Positions 1-13,419 of a stretch of 64,000 nucleotides of DNA are shown here, in pieces (the stretch's first letter is position 1; each line of letters opens with the position of its first letter). The stretch comes from Kudoa neothunni (lineage: Eukaryota > Animalia > Cnidaria), in contig OZ199840.1 of NCBI GenBank assembly GCA_964304625.1, positions 3,547,631-3,611,630 of the forward strand. Reading direction: 5' to 3'. The notes below the pieces were generated by a model. The model did not search any database. It was not told the DNA's origin and saw only the letters and a list, made by a program, of their open reading frames with translations. Position numbers and translations under genes: made by a program.

Positions 1-35
1 TCGGTTTTTATTGAAGTCACTAACGGACTCCCTTA

Positions 36-67
36 GGGGCTCGTGAACCCCAGATTAAGAATCGCTG
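36..67. mobile_element. Terminal fragment of a hAT (Charlie-like) non-autonomous element running off the window start
   Basis: Reverse complement reads CAGCGATTCTTAATCTGGGGTTCACGAGCCCC, resembling hAT-Charlie CAG-G/TTCTCAA termini seen elsewhere in the window. Confidence 0.5.
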
Positions 68-204
68 ATTTAACTGGATAAAGAAGACAAAAACAGGTTT
101 GTTGAATCATATCCAAATCAAATAGCAATATATAAATGAGCATTTATATAAAAAACAATATATTCAGTTCAAATGTAAGAAAAAATTATTTTTGAATTTC
201 CTCT

Positions 205-691
205 TCATTTTCGGGTTTTTATAATCACCACAAGATTGTTGCAATTAAGACGGTGAAGAAAATACCACTTGTTTTTCTGCAAATCGTATTCATGCTTGTT
301 CTTCACAAATTCCATAAATGACAACACATCATGTATTTTAACGATGTTGGAGTCGCTGTAAAAAAAGAAATCTTGATTGTATTTCTCGAAAGCCGACAAA
401 AAAGTTATTTTATCGCTGGTATCATTAAAAACCATTTGGGTGGCATCTGTAAAGCTGGTACCAAAAGCAATGTTATAAATATCCATCACACTCGATTTTA
501 GTTCATCGTGCATGGATGAATGACACATCCGCAGCGAATTACATGTCATAGTGGGATTTTTAAAAATACATTGAGTTCTAACCAATCTAAATATATAATT
601 ACGTTTCCTATGAACATAAAATATTATTATATTCAGCTCACATATTGCCTCTCTTTGTTAAATATTTAGTAATTAAACTACGGAGAACCAT
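205..691 (-). CDS. MRPL50: Mitochondrial ribosomal protein mL50-like, 2 exons
   Basis: ATG at 691 (MVLRSLITKYLTKRGN, a basic presequence-like start). A GT-AG intron at 641-587 joins in frame to ORF 205..585. The pattern AFGTSF..FNDTSDKITFL..SNIVKIHDVLSF..NNLVVI resembles mL50 (FG..LED..KF.LL..NS.L..VRDVLDF..NLKI). Confidence 0.6.
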
Positions 692-771
692 CGTTATTGA
701 ATTTGCCTTGCCAAGCTCTGCCACGTGACCATATTAAATGACGGATCCCGGGCGTGATTTTTTATTTGAAA

Positions 772-1617
772 ATGGATGCTGATAATCGATATCCGAATTT
801 CGATGATGCAGTTGAGATCTTTGATAGCGTTAATAAAGAAAACGCGCCTAACCGATTTGTTAGAAAGTGGAAATCCCTCCACATCCGGTGCAACTAAATT
901 GCTTCCCAATATTCTCTCGAAAGCGAAAACCAAACCATTACGACTGGATTTAGATTTGTATTTAAATCTAATCGGAAACAGTTTAAAATATTTTTCTAAA
1001 TATGAAGCTGTTCAGTTTGATCTTTTTAAATAATTGATGCGTGTAGAATTGGATCCACCCAAGGATTGACTGCTTTGAAAGACCTGCTCTCAACTTACCG
1101 TGTTAATAAAAAAGCATCCGCAGTATGATTTCTATTGCGAAGGATACATAATCTGATCGACTGACTTAGTGTGAAAATTTACAAATTTTAATGGATCAGA
1201 TAAAATTGTGGGCTCATCAAATGCACCCCAAAATCAAATTTGATGATGTGGTCGATAAATTGTTATATCTGTCTAGTAATAAAAAATTTCAAGTAAAATA
1301 GTTGAGTGGCTGAACTTATTTTTGAAGTTTTCACGTTAATATTGATTTTAGATGATTTGTAGAGAAAATTATACCGCACCCGACAGTCGTCAGTCAGAGG
1401 CGATATTTGATGAACAACCAAACACTAATGATCTCTCTGAAAATTTGAACTATCAAAATTACTCACCCGTACCACCCCCCACCCGCTGATGATTGTAATT
1501 ATGGAAAATCTTTTGAATATGTTTGATGAGAGTGATCTTGAGGTAATCTACGTTCCAAAAATGTGCCAACTAATTTCCCCGCTATTTTAGGATCGAGATC
1601 TTGAAGACCAATTTTAA
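772..1617 (+). CDS. TIPIN: TIMELESS-interacting protein (TIPIN/Swi3/Csm3), about 6 short exons; 3' part needs frameshift correction
   Basis: Spliced exons give LRLDLDLIGSTQGLTALKDLL..CENLQILMDQIKLWAHQMHPKIKFDDVVDKLLYLSSNKKFQ, matching the Swi3 domain ([44 protein letters not shown]). As written the frame stops at 1489; an acidic tail (DESDLE|DRDLEDQF*) ends at 1617. The first intron boundary is uncertain. Confidence 0.85.
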
Positions 1618-2215
1618 CGCTAATTATTTATCAAATATTGGATATGTGCATACATTTTTTGATGTGTTTTTTTATTTTACCGTCAAACTTAATTAAAAAT
1701 TTCCGTTTATTACTTTGAATATCTACTCTTGAATGTCTTACGAAGATTGTCCTTATGATTAAGGGTGGTTAAATTATTTAATTTAATAATCGATTAAATA
1801 TAATTGCAATTATTACATAATTTTATAATTTAGCGTCATCGAAGTTCTTATATCTCTATATAAAGAAATTTAGAGTAGTTTTTTCGATCACGAATAAAAG
1901 TAAGACAAAAACTCATCATTTTTTTAAATATTATTAAAAATTTTAAATATAGAAAATTGAAGAAACAATTTTTTTAATTATTTTATTTAAACTATAATAG
2001 GGCGCATTCAACATTTTATTAACAAAACTTCTTCCGAAATATTTTTTAATGAAATTTCTATTTCATGTTGTTTTTTGAAAAAACATATAAACAAGTTAAA
2101 TTTTTAGATATACATTAATTAGAATAATTAGCTAATTCTGCATAATAAAATTACTCAATTTTTTTCTAAAAGTAAATATTCATGCATTAATTTAATTAAT
2201 TAATAACGTATTTAA

Positions 2216-3202
2216 TCCTCTAACGAACTTGGGGTCTTTTGAACCCCAAAGTAATTTTAAATTGATTGTAATATGCTACTTATCCTTTCGAAGCCACTTG
2301 AAATTCATGTTATTTCCATTAAATCACGATATTTACAGCTTATTGAAACTTTGAAAAATAAATTAATATAATTTCGCACTGAAATAAAAAATTACACTCA
2401 CTCCAACGAACTTGGGGTCGTTTGAACCTCAGGTTTTTATTTTACGACAGTTAATAAAAAATATTTCAAAATGCCACACAAATTTTAAGAAAAAAGATGA
2501 TTCATTGGGCAAGTTAATCTCCCCGAAATCAATTCGGCAAGCTAATATAACACTTCGTACAAGCTCGCTGAACGATAAAATCAAGCGTGATAGATGTTGC
2601 ATGTTTAGAATGAAAATTCTTAGACTTTTAATCAGTTTTGGGATGTTTAAATTAAACAGCATAATATCTATTATGTTTCTACAAACTATTACTTGTTAAC
2701 AATCAAAGGATCAGAATGTAACTAAAACACCCCCATTCATATTGTTCCTAAGAAATTGAAATAATGGAATCAAACTTTGATGAAATATTCTGAAAAAGTT
2801 TACTCGCCATAACGATAAATAATAAACACTCGATGCATTAGTTGTGAGGATATTTTGGTTGATTTAATTATTCGAGCAAGTATAATCAGTGTACAAAATA
2901 AAAATCTACTGGCTTCGACATTTAAAAATCTTGTATTTCTTTCTCTATAGTATGAAAGATTGTTTATTTATTTAAACGAAGATTTACGAAACCTTATAGA
3001 AGTCGACCGAATAGGATTTTGTAGGATTAACTTGTTCAATGAATCACATTTTTCTCAAAATTCAGTTGGTAGAAATTTCTTAAAGTTCATATGACATTTT
3101 AAAATATTTTTTTATTAACTATCGTAAAATAAAAACCTGGGGTCCAAAAGAACCCAAGTTCGCTGGAGTGGAGTCGTTTTTGTGTGCCTTGGACTTAGAG
3201 GG
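2216..3202. mobile_element. piggyBac-type MITE (CCCTCTAACG family)
   Basis: TTAA|TCCTCTAACGAACTTGGGGTC at the left and TTAGAGGG|TTGA at the right. An internal ~80-bp inverted repeat pair lies at about 2398-2480 and 3090-3170. Confidence 0.75.
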
Positions 3203-3434
3203 TTGAATGTAAGCAATTTAAATTAATTCCACATTTAAATAATAACAATTAGTTGTGTATCGGACGCTTGAGTCTCAGATAAAACATTATATCTAAATTA
3301 ATGCCAAGGTCATTGTATTGTTGAATAATTGTCTCCACAATACTTCTGACCTAATCGTATGTTTCGCACTATTTTTACGTTTTGAGAGACATTTTGTACA
3401 TAGAATAATCCAGTAATAAAGTTTGGAATATAAA

Positions 3435-4097
3435 TAGGCCTTGCAATTATCGATTAAACCTTATTTTCGTCGATTTTATTAGTCGGATTTTTAAGAATTT
3501 TTCGACGTTTAAGATTTTAGACACTAATGTACTATTGTTACAGATCCGTAAACTCCGCATATTCAGGTTGTCTTTTGGAGTGCGAGGAAATAACCCCAAA
3601 TCTACAGGTTAATTGAAGATTTTGCTTAATTTTTTGTTTTTCTTATTTTAACGACTTTTTTATATTTTCTGAGCGGCGCACGTGCGATAGCTGATTTCCG
3701 GCGAAACCTCCCCGTTCTAGTTAGTTGACTTTTCAAATCAAATCAAACCAAAACTTTATATATAAAATAAAGATATTAAAATTCAAGAAAATAATCTTAA
3801 TAATACTTTTGAGGGGATATGAGTGTTATCTCACTTTGAGATAATTATTGATAGTATTGGCTAAACAATTTATGAGATCATTGTTTAAACAAACGTTGAG
3901 AATGGATTCAATTTTGTAATTAATAATATAAAAAGATCTATTTGGGGGAAAATACTAAAATAATCGTCGCTGCGTGCGCAGATACGAGGCGAAAAAACTT
4001 TGATCTAATCCTTTTTTGTGGAAAAGCTATGAAAATTCAACGCTTATAATATATTCTTCGATTTAATCAATATAAGCGTCGATAACAGCAAGGCCTA
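3435..4097. mobile_element. Non-autonomous DNA transposon (TAGG-ended, hAT-like)
   Basis: Inverted termini TAGGCCTTGC...GCAAGGCCTA. The right ~130 bp has a diverged second copy at about 27400-27564. No clean TSD. Confidence 0.55.
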
Positions 4098-4170
4098 GTG
4101 TAAATTAGTAAATATTAATATAATCGAAAATATTCGTATTTTTTAATGCAAGAAAACAATGCTTCAAATA

Positions 4171-4320
4171 CAACGAACTGCCGATTATCCGGAAGATACT
4201 CTAAATTTTACTTGGATTTTATTGAAATCACGTGTTGATAAATGTTAGATTAACCGTAATTTCGCCGTCCGAAAAGGAAATCGCTAACCCCAAGTTTTCT
4301 GCATAATCAGGGTTTCACTG
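4171..4320. mobile_element. pogo/Tigger-like MITE, degenerate
   Basis: TA|CAACGAACTGCCGATTATCCGG ... ATAATCAGGGTTTCACTG|TA; related to the element at 52153-52238. Confidence 0.5.
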
Positions 4321-4896
4321 TACATAACTTTACGCAATAAACTGTCACACTTGCCCCAAGAAATTTTGACTGATTGAACCACCATATCGTTCTACTGAGA
4401 TATCTATTAAAACTTGTATTGACAAAAGGCGCCAAAATATTTGTATTTAAAAAATATAATGAGTACCGCGTGATGTATATTTTTTAAAATAATTTCGATA
4501 ACTAATATATTAAGAAAATAACTCAAATATTTAATATTCGATACATATTATAAGGCGCTAAAGCTTGTAATTTATGTTTTACAAGCCATTAAAACCTTTC
4601 AATTGAAGGATAAAAATATCAAATGTTAGTAACTAAATTTGTTCACAAATTTTAATCTCAGCAATCAATTTATGACAGAAATAAACAAACTAATGAAGTT
4701 AAAATAATTATAACATTTTTTATGATCGATCAAAAAGTCAGCTGCCGTAATTTGCACAAAAGCACACAATTCACCAACAGAATAGCATTGCATTAAGTAC
4801 ATCATAAATTCTATTACTGTCACTAAAAACTACAATAACAGACAAACTCGTCAACAGTACACGATTCTTGATCATCTCAAAGTAAAGCAGTTGGTT

Positions 4897-7800
4897 TTAG
4901 GAGAGGAGCTGGGTTTGAATTTGTTGAATAGTATCAGGTGTGATGTGGCGAGCAATCTGTGAGTTTACATTGGGGTCGGCAAGAATCTTTTGAATACTCG
5001 GTTTGAGGTCGTACTGTTGGAGAGTGGTGAGAGAGACGGTTTTCCTGTTAGCACAGCACACATCGCCACTAAAGGGCAATTTTGAGACGTATGCATATTT
5101 AAGTCGATTGAACGATTCATCTTCAGCAATGTGATCAATCGTATCGGTATCATTATCGATTTGGGTGTTTTCAAGTTTGTTGTCGATGGCAAAAAGTGTT
5201 TTGTTATGGATCACACTTTCTAGGGTGCATTTGAATAGAGACCACCTATTACACATGTTACGCATAATATTAAAGAAAACAATTGATAGATAAAGTCCAT
5301 CTATTTTATAGAGCATAGATGGTTGATCTTTATCAGTCGATAAAAATTTACCATAGGTCGGGGTCGGAAGAAGAATCAAAAACGTTTAGCGACTGCTCCA
5401 AAATTAGCAAACTCAATGTGATCAGAAGTTTTTTGAACAGAGGAAAATGCACAGGCTACACAAAAATAGTGAATAAAAGCAAGTTAAGAGCAAAAAATCA
5501 TTTATTTACTTTGGATAGCTCTAAAATAAGTATTCTTTGGATAAATCGGGAGAAAAGACTAAAATTAAATTATAAATATACACGAAAGAATATCCTACCT
5601 TGGATCTAAAGAATCGGAGAATGGTTTCAGTTCGACCCAACCCATAAAGAGCAACAAACTGGAATATAAAATTGAGAGATCTACCGTAAAAATATGATCA
5701 AAAAGTATATAAAAGGGTGAAAAATATCGCCAATAAATTCTAAAATGATCTTTTCATATACCTTGTGTGAAACGATAGGTTCGCCGTATAGCCAATCGTT
5801 TAAAAGAGAGCGACATTATTTCTGGCATATGAGGTTTCATTAGGTCGTAAGGTAGATTGACCACAATATTTTTGGCAAGTGAAACAGACATGCCATCCAT
5901 ATGACTTAGAGTGAGACAATATTTGAATAGATCAATAACAGTACGAATCTAAAATTTAGATTTATTGGAGATTTTCCATAAAAGACTACAGATGATTCGT
6001 TGGAGAATAGTGAGGAGAATTGCACCAAATAAGAATTCATGATTTGGCAGAGACCAGGTACGTTGCTTTTGCACATCCACAAATTTTGGGTGAGAAATAT
6101 CGAATAATGTTGCACATAAACTGATGACAATTTTTCATGGCTGAAAAGTTTCAAGAAAAGTGAATACACTTGAAAGGCATAGCCCATATAATCTAAACGA
6201 TTTCATTGTTCCTAGTTTGTTTAGAAAAATCCAACTTGAACTATTTTGGACGATCTGATTTATGATTGTATTTAGCAGTCGAACTTCAAGGTCCTCAAAC
6301 AGAGCATTATTTGTGCATCTGAATATCCTAAGGAAATTTTTCGTATATAATTTAATGAATAGACGATTTTTGGAAACAAAGTCAAATCAACTTTTCATAC
6401 CATAACACAAGACAAACAGCCTCAAAGCAATCATGTACAAACGCAGGACTCACATTAATCTGTATAAACAATTTAGAAGGTAACTCAATCCGATTAATTA
6501 ACCTTATCACAAGTATCAACAAGTGGAATCAATGTTTCAGCGATTAATTGAAGAAATTCGACAGATATATTAACATTGAAAAAGTTAAGCCATTTAATCA
6601 ACCCTTTGGAGATAGAAAATGCATGACTTATGCGAAGAAATCATCGAAAATTACATTTAAGTTGGTATATGTTGTCATTTTGACAGGGCATAACATATTT
6701 GTAAAAAGTCGAAAAATTTGTTATCAACACTTTACACCTAGCCATAAGAAATACAATGAGTGATGCTGAAACAAGCGAGTAGCAACCTGTGTTCTAATTC
6801 ATCATTTGGTAAAGGTTGTCCGGTCGGAGAAGTTTTGGTTAACAAATCACTCGAAACAATAAACACATACGAAGAAATAACTTTTGATTTGGCGACGGTA
6901 AGTAGTTTGAGTATGTTTGGAAGGATATTTTCGACGAGCGCAGGATTTATCTATATTTATACTAACTAGTACGAAGCTAACAACATGCAGATGCAGATAA
7001 TAGTGGCGTACAAAATTCTTGAAAATATGGATAAATTTTAAGAGTGTCCGCTTTAACAATAGGACATTCATTAGGGCCTAGAAACAGCAGAAAGCGGAGC
7101 AATAAATCGGTTGGAAAAATCGCATTGATATCGAAAGCTGAGCACAGCTCATAGGGTCCTCGAGCGGGACTCTCTTTAACAATAGCTGCAGAGATTATGA
7201 GATAAATGACCAAATCAACATTCAACCAATTTCCAATTTTTATCGTCTGATCAACTTCATCATACGCAAATGAAGAGCTCATAATTTGTTCGATGTGGCT
7301 TTTCAAAATCGTTACAGCAGAATCACCGCAATTCGCAATCAACTGACGAATAAGTTCAGTTACAGCTTTTCGTTTAGTCTCCAAATCTACTCAACATATT
7401 CATGTCAATATTATTGTTGGTTTTTATAGATTTAATTTAAATGTGTTAATTATGGCGTGAAATACGCAATAAGAACTAACCTCCAGATTCAATGTTCTTT
7501 CAAAATATAATCATTGGGTTCATCTCCAAAAGTTTCCACTTCGGTTTCTAATCCCACAACAACCAATCATTATTTAACAATTGGTAGGGTGATTTAACGA
7601 AAAACCTCTTAATGAAGCATTCGAAATAATGACATTAGTGCAAATGTTGCTAATGGTATTGATGTCTGAAATCATATTTTTTACAGAATGGTCTGGTAGA
7701 TATTGTGTAAAACAGTTTTATTGTTGCAGAATTAAGCTAAAATAAGTTTACATGAGTGAGAACGTGAAATGTGGGTGTTTGATGTAATGATACCAACCTT

Positions 7801-10800
7801 ATCATATTCTTCGACCTTGGGAGTTTGAACCGCCAATTTGTACGTAATTTCAATGAAGCCAGGCAAGTAACCCTAGAAATAAATTTAAATTATGTTTATT
7901 TTAATCGTTTAGTAATAATAAATACTTTTATATCGTTTTCATAACTCTTGACAAAAAGAATTATAATTGTAATAATCTTTTTGTAGCATTTAATGATTTC
8001 ATCCTTGAGTGTTTCGTTCTAGGCGAATTAAGCATTTATCGAAATTAAAATGGCGTCTACTTTAGCATTCAAAGCAGCATTTAGAGTTTTCCGACGAAAG
8101 GATGTTATAAAACAACTTCATACAAACATTCAGGTGATCAACCAAATAATCGGAATCTCCTATGTAAAAATGAAAAGTTATCTTTATAATTTAGGTTTCA
8201 GAAAAAATTTAATTTTCCATCGTACACAATAAAAGACTCTCTAAAGCGGTTGCGTTCCGATAAATCCTGGTTTGTTAAGTGACAAAATTTTTAAAGGGAG
8301 CATAAAATAATCACAACTATTCTAATAGTTTACTAAATAACGTGAAAAATTAAATTCAATACTATATATATATAAAACACAGAAATTTATGCATTATTAG
8401 TTTAAAAAATTGTAACAGGTACTTATTTCTAATTAAAATTATTAAAGTTTATTCTTGTGCAGAAAAAATGATGTTACTAAAAAGGTCTAATTGAACTCCT
8501 CTTAAACTTCGTACAGAAAGAAAAACACAACCAAATTGAGGTATTCACAATACAATTGAATATTGAAATTATGTGATAACTTAAAGAAATGGTTAAGAGG
8601 AAATTAAGCTGATAAATCAATAAAATCTTTTTTAAAAACAATTAATTTTATTTGTATTAGAATCATTATCTAAATAAAGTAATTTACAAGAGTCAAAAAT
8701 GCGTATTGCTACGAAACTGCTCTCCAATGAATTTTAGGACGAAAATTAACCCCAGATTTTTATTCCTCCATTCGATCCATAAAAAATATTTCAGGCAATA
8801 AAAATAGGCAAAATCCCACGACTAGATTCAGCTGTAAAATAAATAATATCCGAGTAGTAATTCTTATAATTCTACGAAAACTGTATTCGTAAAAATCCAC
8901 AATGACAAATTTTGATTAAAAACTTAATATTTAAGTTGATTTCATATTTATAGCATGCAATAAATATTTCGATTATTATTTGCGCAACAAAATAGAACAT
9001 TTAATGAGAATAAGATTCGCAAACACTCAGAATGAATTTTGCAAACAATGTTTCGTATATCTGAAAAAAACCGTAATGGTTTTCTTATCAATTCTACATA
9101 TACAAACATTCAAGCCCTTAGAATATTGTTCACATATTTGATGATCTGAGTTATTATGGCAGAATAGATAAGGTCGAGCTCGTAAGATTTTAGGCTTCAC
9201 GGATGTTTCTTTCCAAATAATGAAAAGATATAATAACTTTGCCTTATTTCAAAAAAACTTTCTCCTAACCATATTATCACCCAAATTTTTTTGCAAATGG
9301 TAAACGCATTCATATATAATAAATGCATTAAATAGAAAAACAACACCATAGACCGTCACTACTGATTGTGGGTTGACCCGAATTCTCAGTTTTCAATCTC
9401 GTAAGATTCTTCCGACATATCGGTTTTAAAATATTCGTAATAGTTTTTAAAAGAATTTAGCTAATCATTATAACTACTATCGGCTAAATCCACTCCAATT
9501 AACACAACGAAAAAATCTAATTGAAACTCGCGTGACCTTTCGTAGAAGTAATAGTGGTATAACTTTAAATTTATCCATGAGAAATACTTAAAATTTGTTA
9601 TATGTAATAATTACTATTTTATCTATCAATTGATGAGGAAAAATTTGTGATAATTTTTGACCCCAAAAATTCCTTGGAGTGTAATCTTGTCATAATTTCT
9701 GATTTTATATTTTTAGTTATAATATTTAAAATTATATATTATTCATCTTTTTGGAAAATTATAAAAAAACTCGTACCTCATAAAGAGCACACAAATCCCC
9801 TATACAACCAATAACTCCTTGTTGGGGTAAAAATCTACCCCAAATTCATTAGAGGGTTAATCTCACCAACTCATACTCCAAGCTGTTTACAAATTTAATT
9901 TTTTAGAATCTGTTCTATTTAATTATTCCTGGATCTTACGAGCGAAGCGGTTGTCAGAAATAATTAAATATAGTTCAAACTAATGACACCTGAATAATAT
10001 TTACTGCGCGAATGGCCTATTCCACAATTACATTTAATTACATTTGTCGAAAGCGCAACCTTGTTTATTTAATCACCACAACTTCTTATCGTATTTAAAA
10101 AACAGTTTATATAATAAAATAGATTACAGTTATTCTGTCTTAATGGATAGGTTGGAAATTTTCGATGTTTATTATTCGTGTTAATTTTGATTATCCTTCC
10201 ATTTTGGCAAACACATGAAAAAGCGAAAAATGCTTAAGGACACTAAAAACTTGATCATTAAAATCAGCGCAAACATCCAGCCTATTTATGAATAAAAAAT
10301 TTTAAAACAGTTCACGCGTACATCTTTAATTAATCTTAGCAACTTCTGATATTGTTTGTATATTAAAATTAGTTTAGATTGAGGTTATTCGGCCGTAAAA
10401 ATTTTATAAAAAACATGCAATTTTACAGCACTTGGGCTTCCAATTTATATTCTGCATACACACACACATTTTTTATACCTTTAATTTACACTTTTGATCT
10501 TAATCTGCTTGAAAAAAGCTTTAAATTTCTTTTTAGGCAAACGCATTAAATCGATCATTGTACCCGCCACTTTTAGATTACACATACAGTTTAAAAACTA
10601 AATTAGGTCATTGTAAATAGTTATATAAACGATTCATCTAAATATCTATTTGAACGTGCGTTAATGTTAGTTCATTTCATATTTTTTATCTTTAATTATC
10701 AAAAACAGTTCATTTTAAAAATATCCCGTACCTAACCTAATTATATGTGGACGTTAAGGTCACAAAAACCAGATACAAGCTACTTAATTACATGACAATA

Positions 10801-12401
10801 CTTCAATGGAGGAATTAGATTTGTATGGACAAATTTAAAAGGGCGATGATCGTCGGTAGGATAAATAATAACCAGAAATAATTAAATAGAGTAGATATTA
10901 TTATTTGTATATAGATTGTGAGAAAGAGTTATTAAGATTAACAATTTTTATGGACAGGCATTAATGCCTTTTAGAATTAATCTTTATCATGCCAATAGCT
11001 TCTGCACCGATAAAATAGCCATAAATTTGAAATATTAACATCAACATGAGTAGGATTAACACTACTCTCAAGTTAATTTTCTTTTGATTTTTCAGGTCAA
11101 AATATTTTATTTTCGAGTTTATTTTTCCCCATAATATGATATAATATAACAATAACTGACTATGACTATGACTGACTAGCTTAAAAAGTGGCACAAATAC
11201 AGAGCGTTCTTCAATTCTTCAATTATCGTCCACTTCGTTGTTAAATGAAAATAAAAAAAAATCTCTCAAGTTAATAATTAAACTATGACTCTCCCAGGAG
11301 CGATATCAATTAATTTTGGTCATACTTGAGATATCAAATCGTGATAACAGTCGACCAATGAATTGATAAATTGAATGTTCTGCAAACTGTCCCGGTTGGA
11401 AAGAAACTCAGCGGATGACACATTTAGTACAGGAAGATTGTTTTGAACGTGCTAATCACCGAATCAATCCTACTCACACAACCAGGCCAACAAATCAAAA
11501 ATCTCACATTCAACGACTTTATAAGAACTGGTCCAAAAAGCTCGATAACATATTTAATTTCGAGCCATAACTCATTGGATTTGAATTCAAAACGATATCT
11601 AATAATTTTGTGATTTATCAAGAAAATACATGCATAAAAATAACTTTTTTAGTGCTCCGTGAATAATCCGGAGAAAGCGAGTAAATTTATCCACATCAAC
11701 AGATGCCATAACTGTGACCATATCCTAGAAAATTGTTGTTCAAACAATACATTTAAATTGGACGGTAGAGATTAGATGGATCGATCACCTCTAAAAAACT
11801 CGGCCAATTCCTTGGAAAATCTTTTTTCGCTATAATTCCTATGGTGGTATCCAACTATATATGTGTACCATTAGAGTTGTGGTCACCAAGCTATCTCGGT
11901 TAAAAATTACGTGGCATGATAAATTTTTGGGCAACATTAAAGACACGTTGATAATGTTTCGTCTCACTAAATTGGAATCATACACCATACTAACTGGAGT
12001 ATTATTGATACCATTAGTGACATCATTTTCCGGTATCACCAACACATTCTCAGCATCATTCAACTATACGTTAATACAACCATACATCATATCAAAAGTT
12101 CGATTGAGATACTTTGTAGTTTTTCATAAAAAAGTTTTTAAACGTTAAAATCAACGGAAGCTTGATTTGATCGTTCACATAATCACCACCAACTTCGCCA
12201 GCAATCATTGATAACAACAAACATGCGTATCCATCGTTAATTTCCAGATTGGCTATATAGTCCTCACCTGTGATCAAACTGTATATCAAATTTTATGGAC
12301 AAATCTAAATAGTTGCCTAATTTTCTTTCTTTTGCGTCCAATGACATTCCCTTCTGGAGAGAAACACACAAATTTCTAACGATTTCCAATTGACCGTTCA
12401 T
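4897..12401 (-). CDS. CSE1L: Exportin-2 (CSE1L/CAS), multi-exon
   Basis: ATG at 12401. The importin-beta N-terminal region reads EDYIANLE..YACLLL..LTFKNFFMKNY. Further matches are RYRFEFKSNELWLEIKYVIELF (human RYRHEFKSNELWTEIKLVLDAF), ETKRKAVTELIRQL, NWLNVDLVIYL, NECPIVKADTLK and C-terminal ESFNRLKYA. One intron is ~3 kb (about 8019-11150). Confidence 0.93.
9650..9856. mobile_element. Right end of a CCCTCTAACG-family piggyBac MITE inside the CSE1L long intron
   Basis: GGGGTAAAAATCTACCCCAAATTCATTAGAGGG|TTAA; the left end was not identified. Confidence 0.6.
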
Positions 12402-13419
12402 TATCCGTCGTGCGCTGGCCGCCGACAGTCGGATTAAGTTTCTAGTTTAGAATTTGACTTATCAGCTGTATTTATCACCTAATCAACTAGGTAATGACAA
12501 CATTTGTCTTTCACTTTAATACGTTTGTCATAATTTCGTGAGTAAAACACTTTTGTTGCATTTTCGCGCCGTTTATGACAATAAGTATTTTCGGTTTCTA
12601 TCAAAAAGTGGAAGTGGGTTTTTTAAAATACAATCTAATTGGTCAATGTAAAAATTAACAGGTTTTGTTGCCTCACTCGTGCTCGTTTGCGGCACACCGA
12701 GAATTGTAGGTGCGCATGTTTTTCCTTCTCTCTCTCTCTCTAATCGTTAGTCATTTTATTCTCTCGAAATTTCTGTCTTCAAAGCATATTCTAGTTTATT
12801 TTTCTATAATAGAGAATTCGCCGATTTTTTTATTTAATCGTTATATTCGCGAGTGATAAATTCTTTCGTGCATAACAAAAATAAGACTTATCATTAGTGT
12901 CCATTAGTAATTTTCGGTTGTGCTGACTTTCGCGGTATTCTTTGGCGATTGAAAACGAAGTGTACACATGAGCGTTTGATTTTCTCCCTCGACATGCAGA
13001 ATAGCAAAAACCTAAAAATTCAGTTATATCCCATTCCTTTTGAACCTCTTGTCTTGTTAATTCTTATGTAATAACCACACGCCCCTTTATATTATTTTAT
13101 TGTCAAGTTGGTTACATTTTGAGTATTTTCGTCGGAATCTTATCCATTTTATTTTATTAGTCAATAAATAATACATTTTTTTAAATTAGATGAAATTCTG
13201 GCGAAAATACGTAGAACATTACAAGTTCGTTATTAAAATGTATTTTTAATAATAATAATAATAATAATAGAAAGATGGGCTCTTGGAACCCATAGTTATT
13301 ACATAAGCGTTAATGATTTACATTGTGACTCTAAAGAATTCATCATAATCGCGCATATATCTCACGTTAATTTTTTATCGTTATCTTTAACATTCAAATA
13401 GAATATGGGTAATGGGGGA

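Noticed and set aside
694-933. Minus-strand 79-aa ORF
   Set aside because: It is an antisense shadow of TIPIN. The same applies to 11861..12148, 18459..18725, 28060..28260, 32845..33273 and 58102..58386 over real genes or elements.
4897-8020. Stand-alone N-terminally truncated exportin gene
   Set aside because: The missing N-terminal exons lie at about 11150-12401 beyond a long intron, so it is a single gene.
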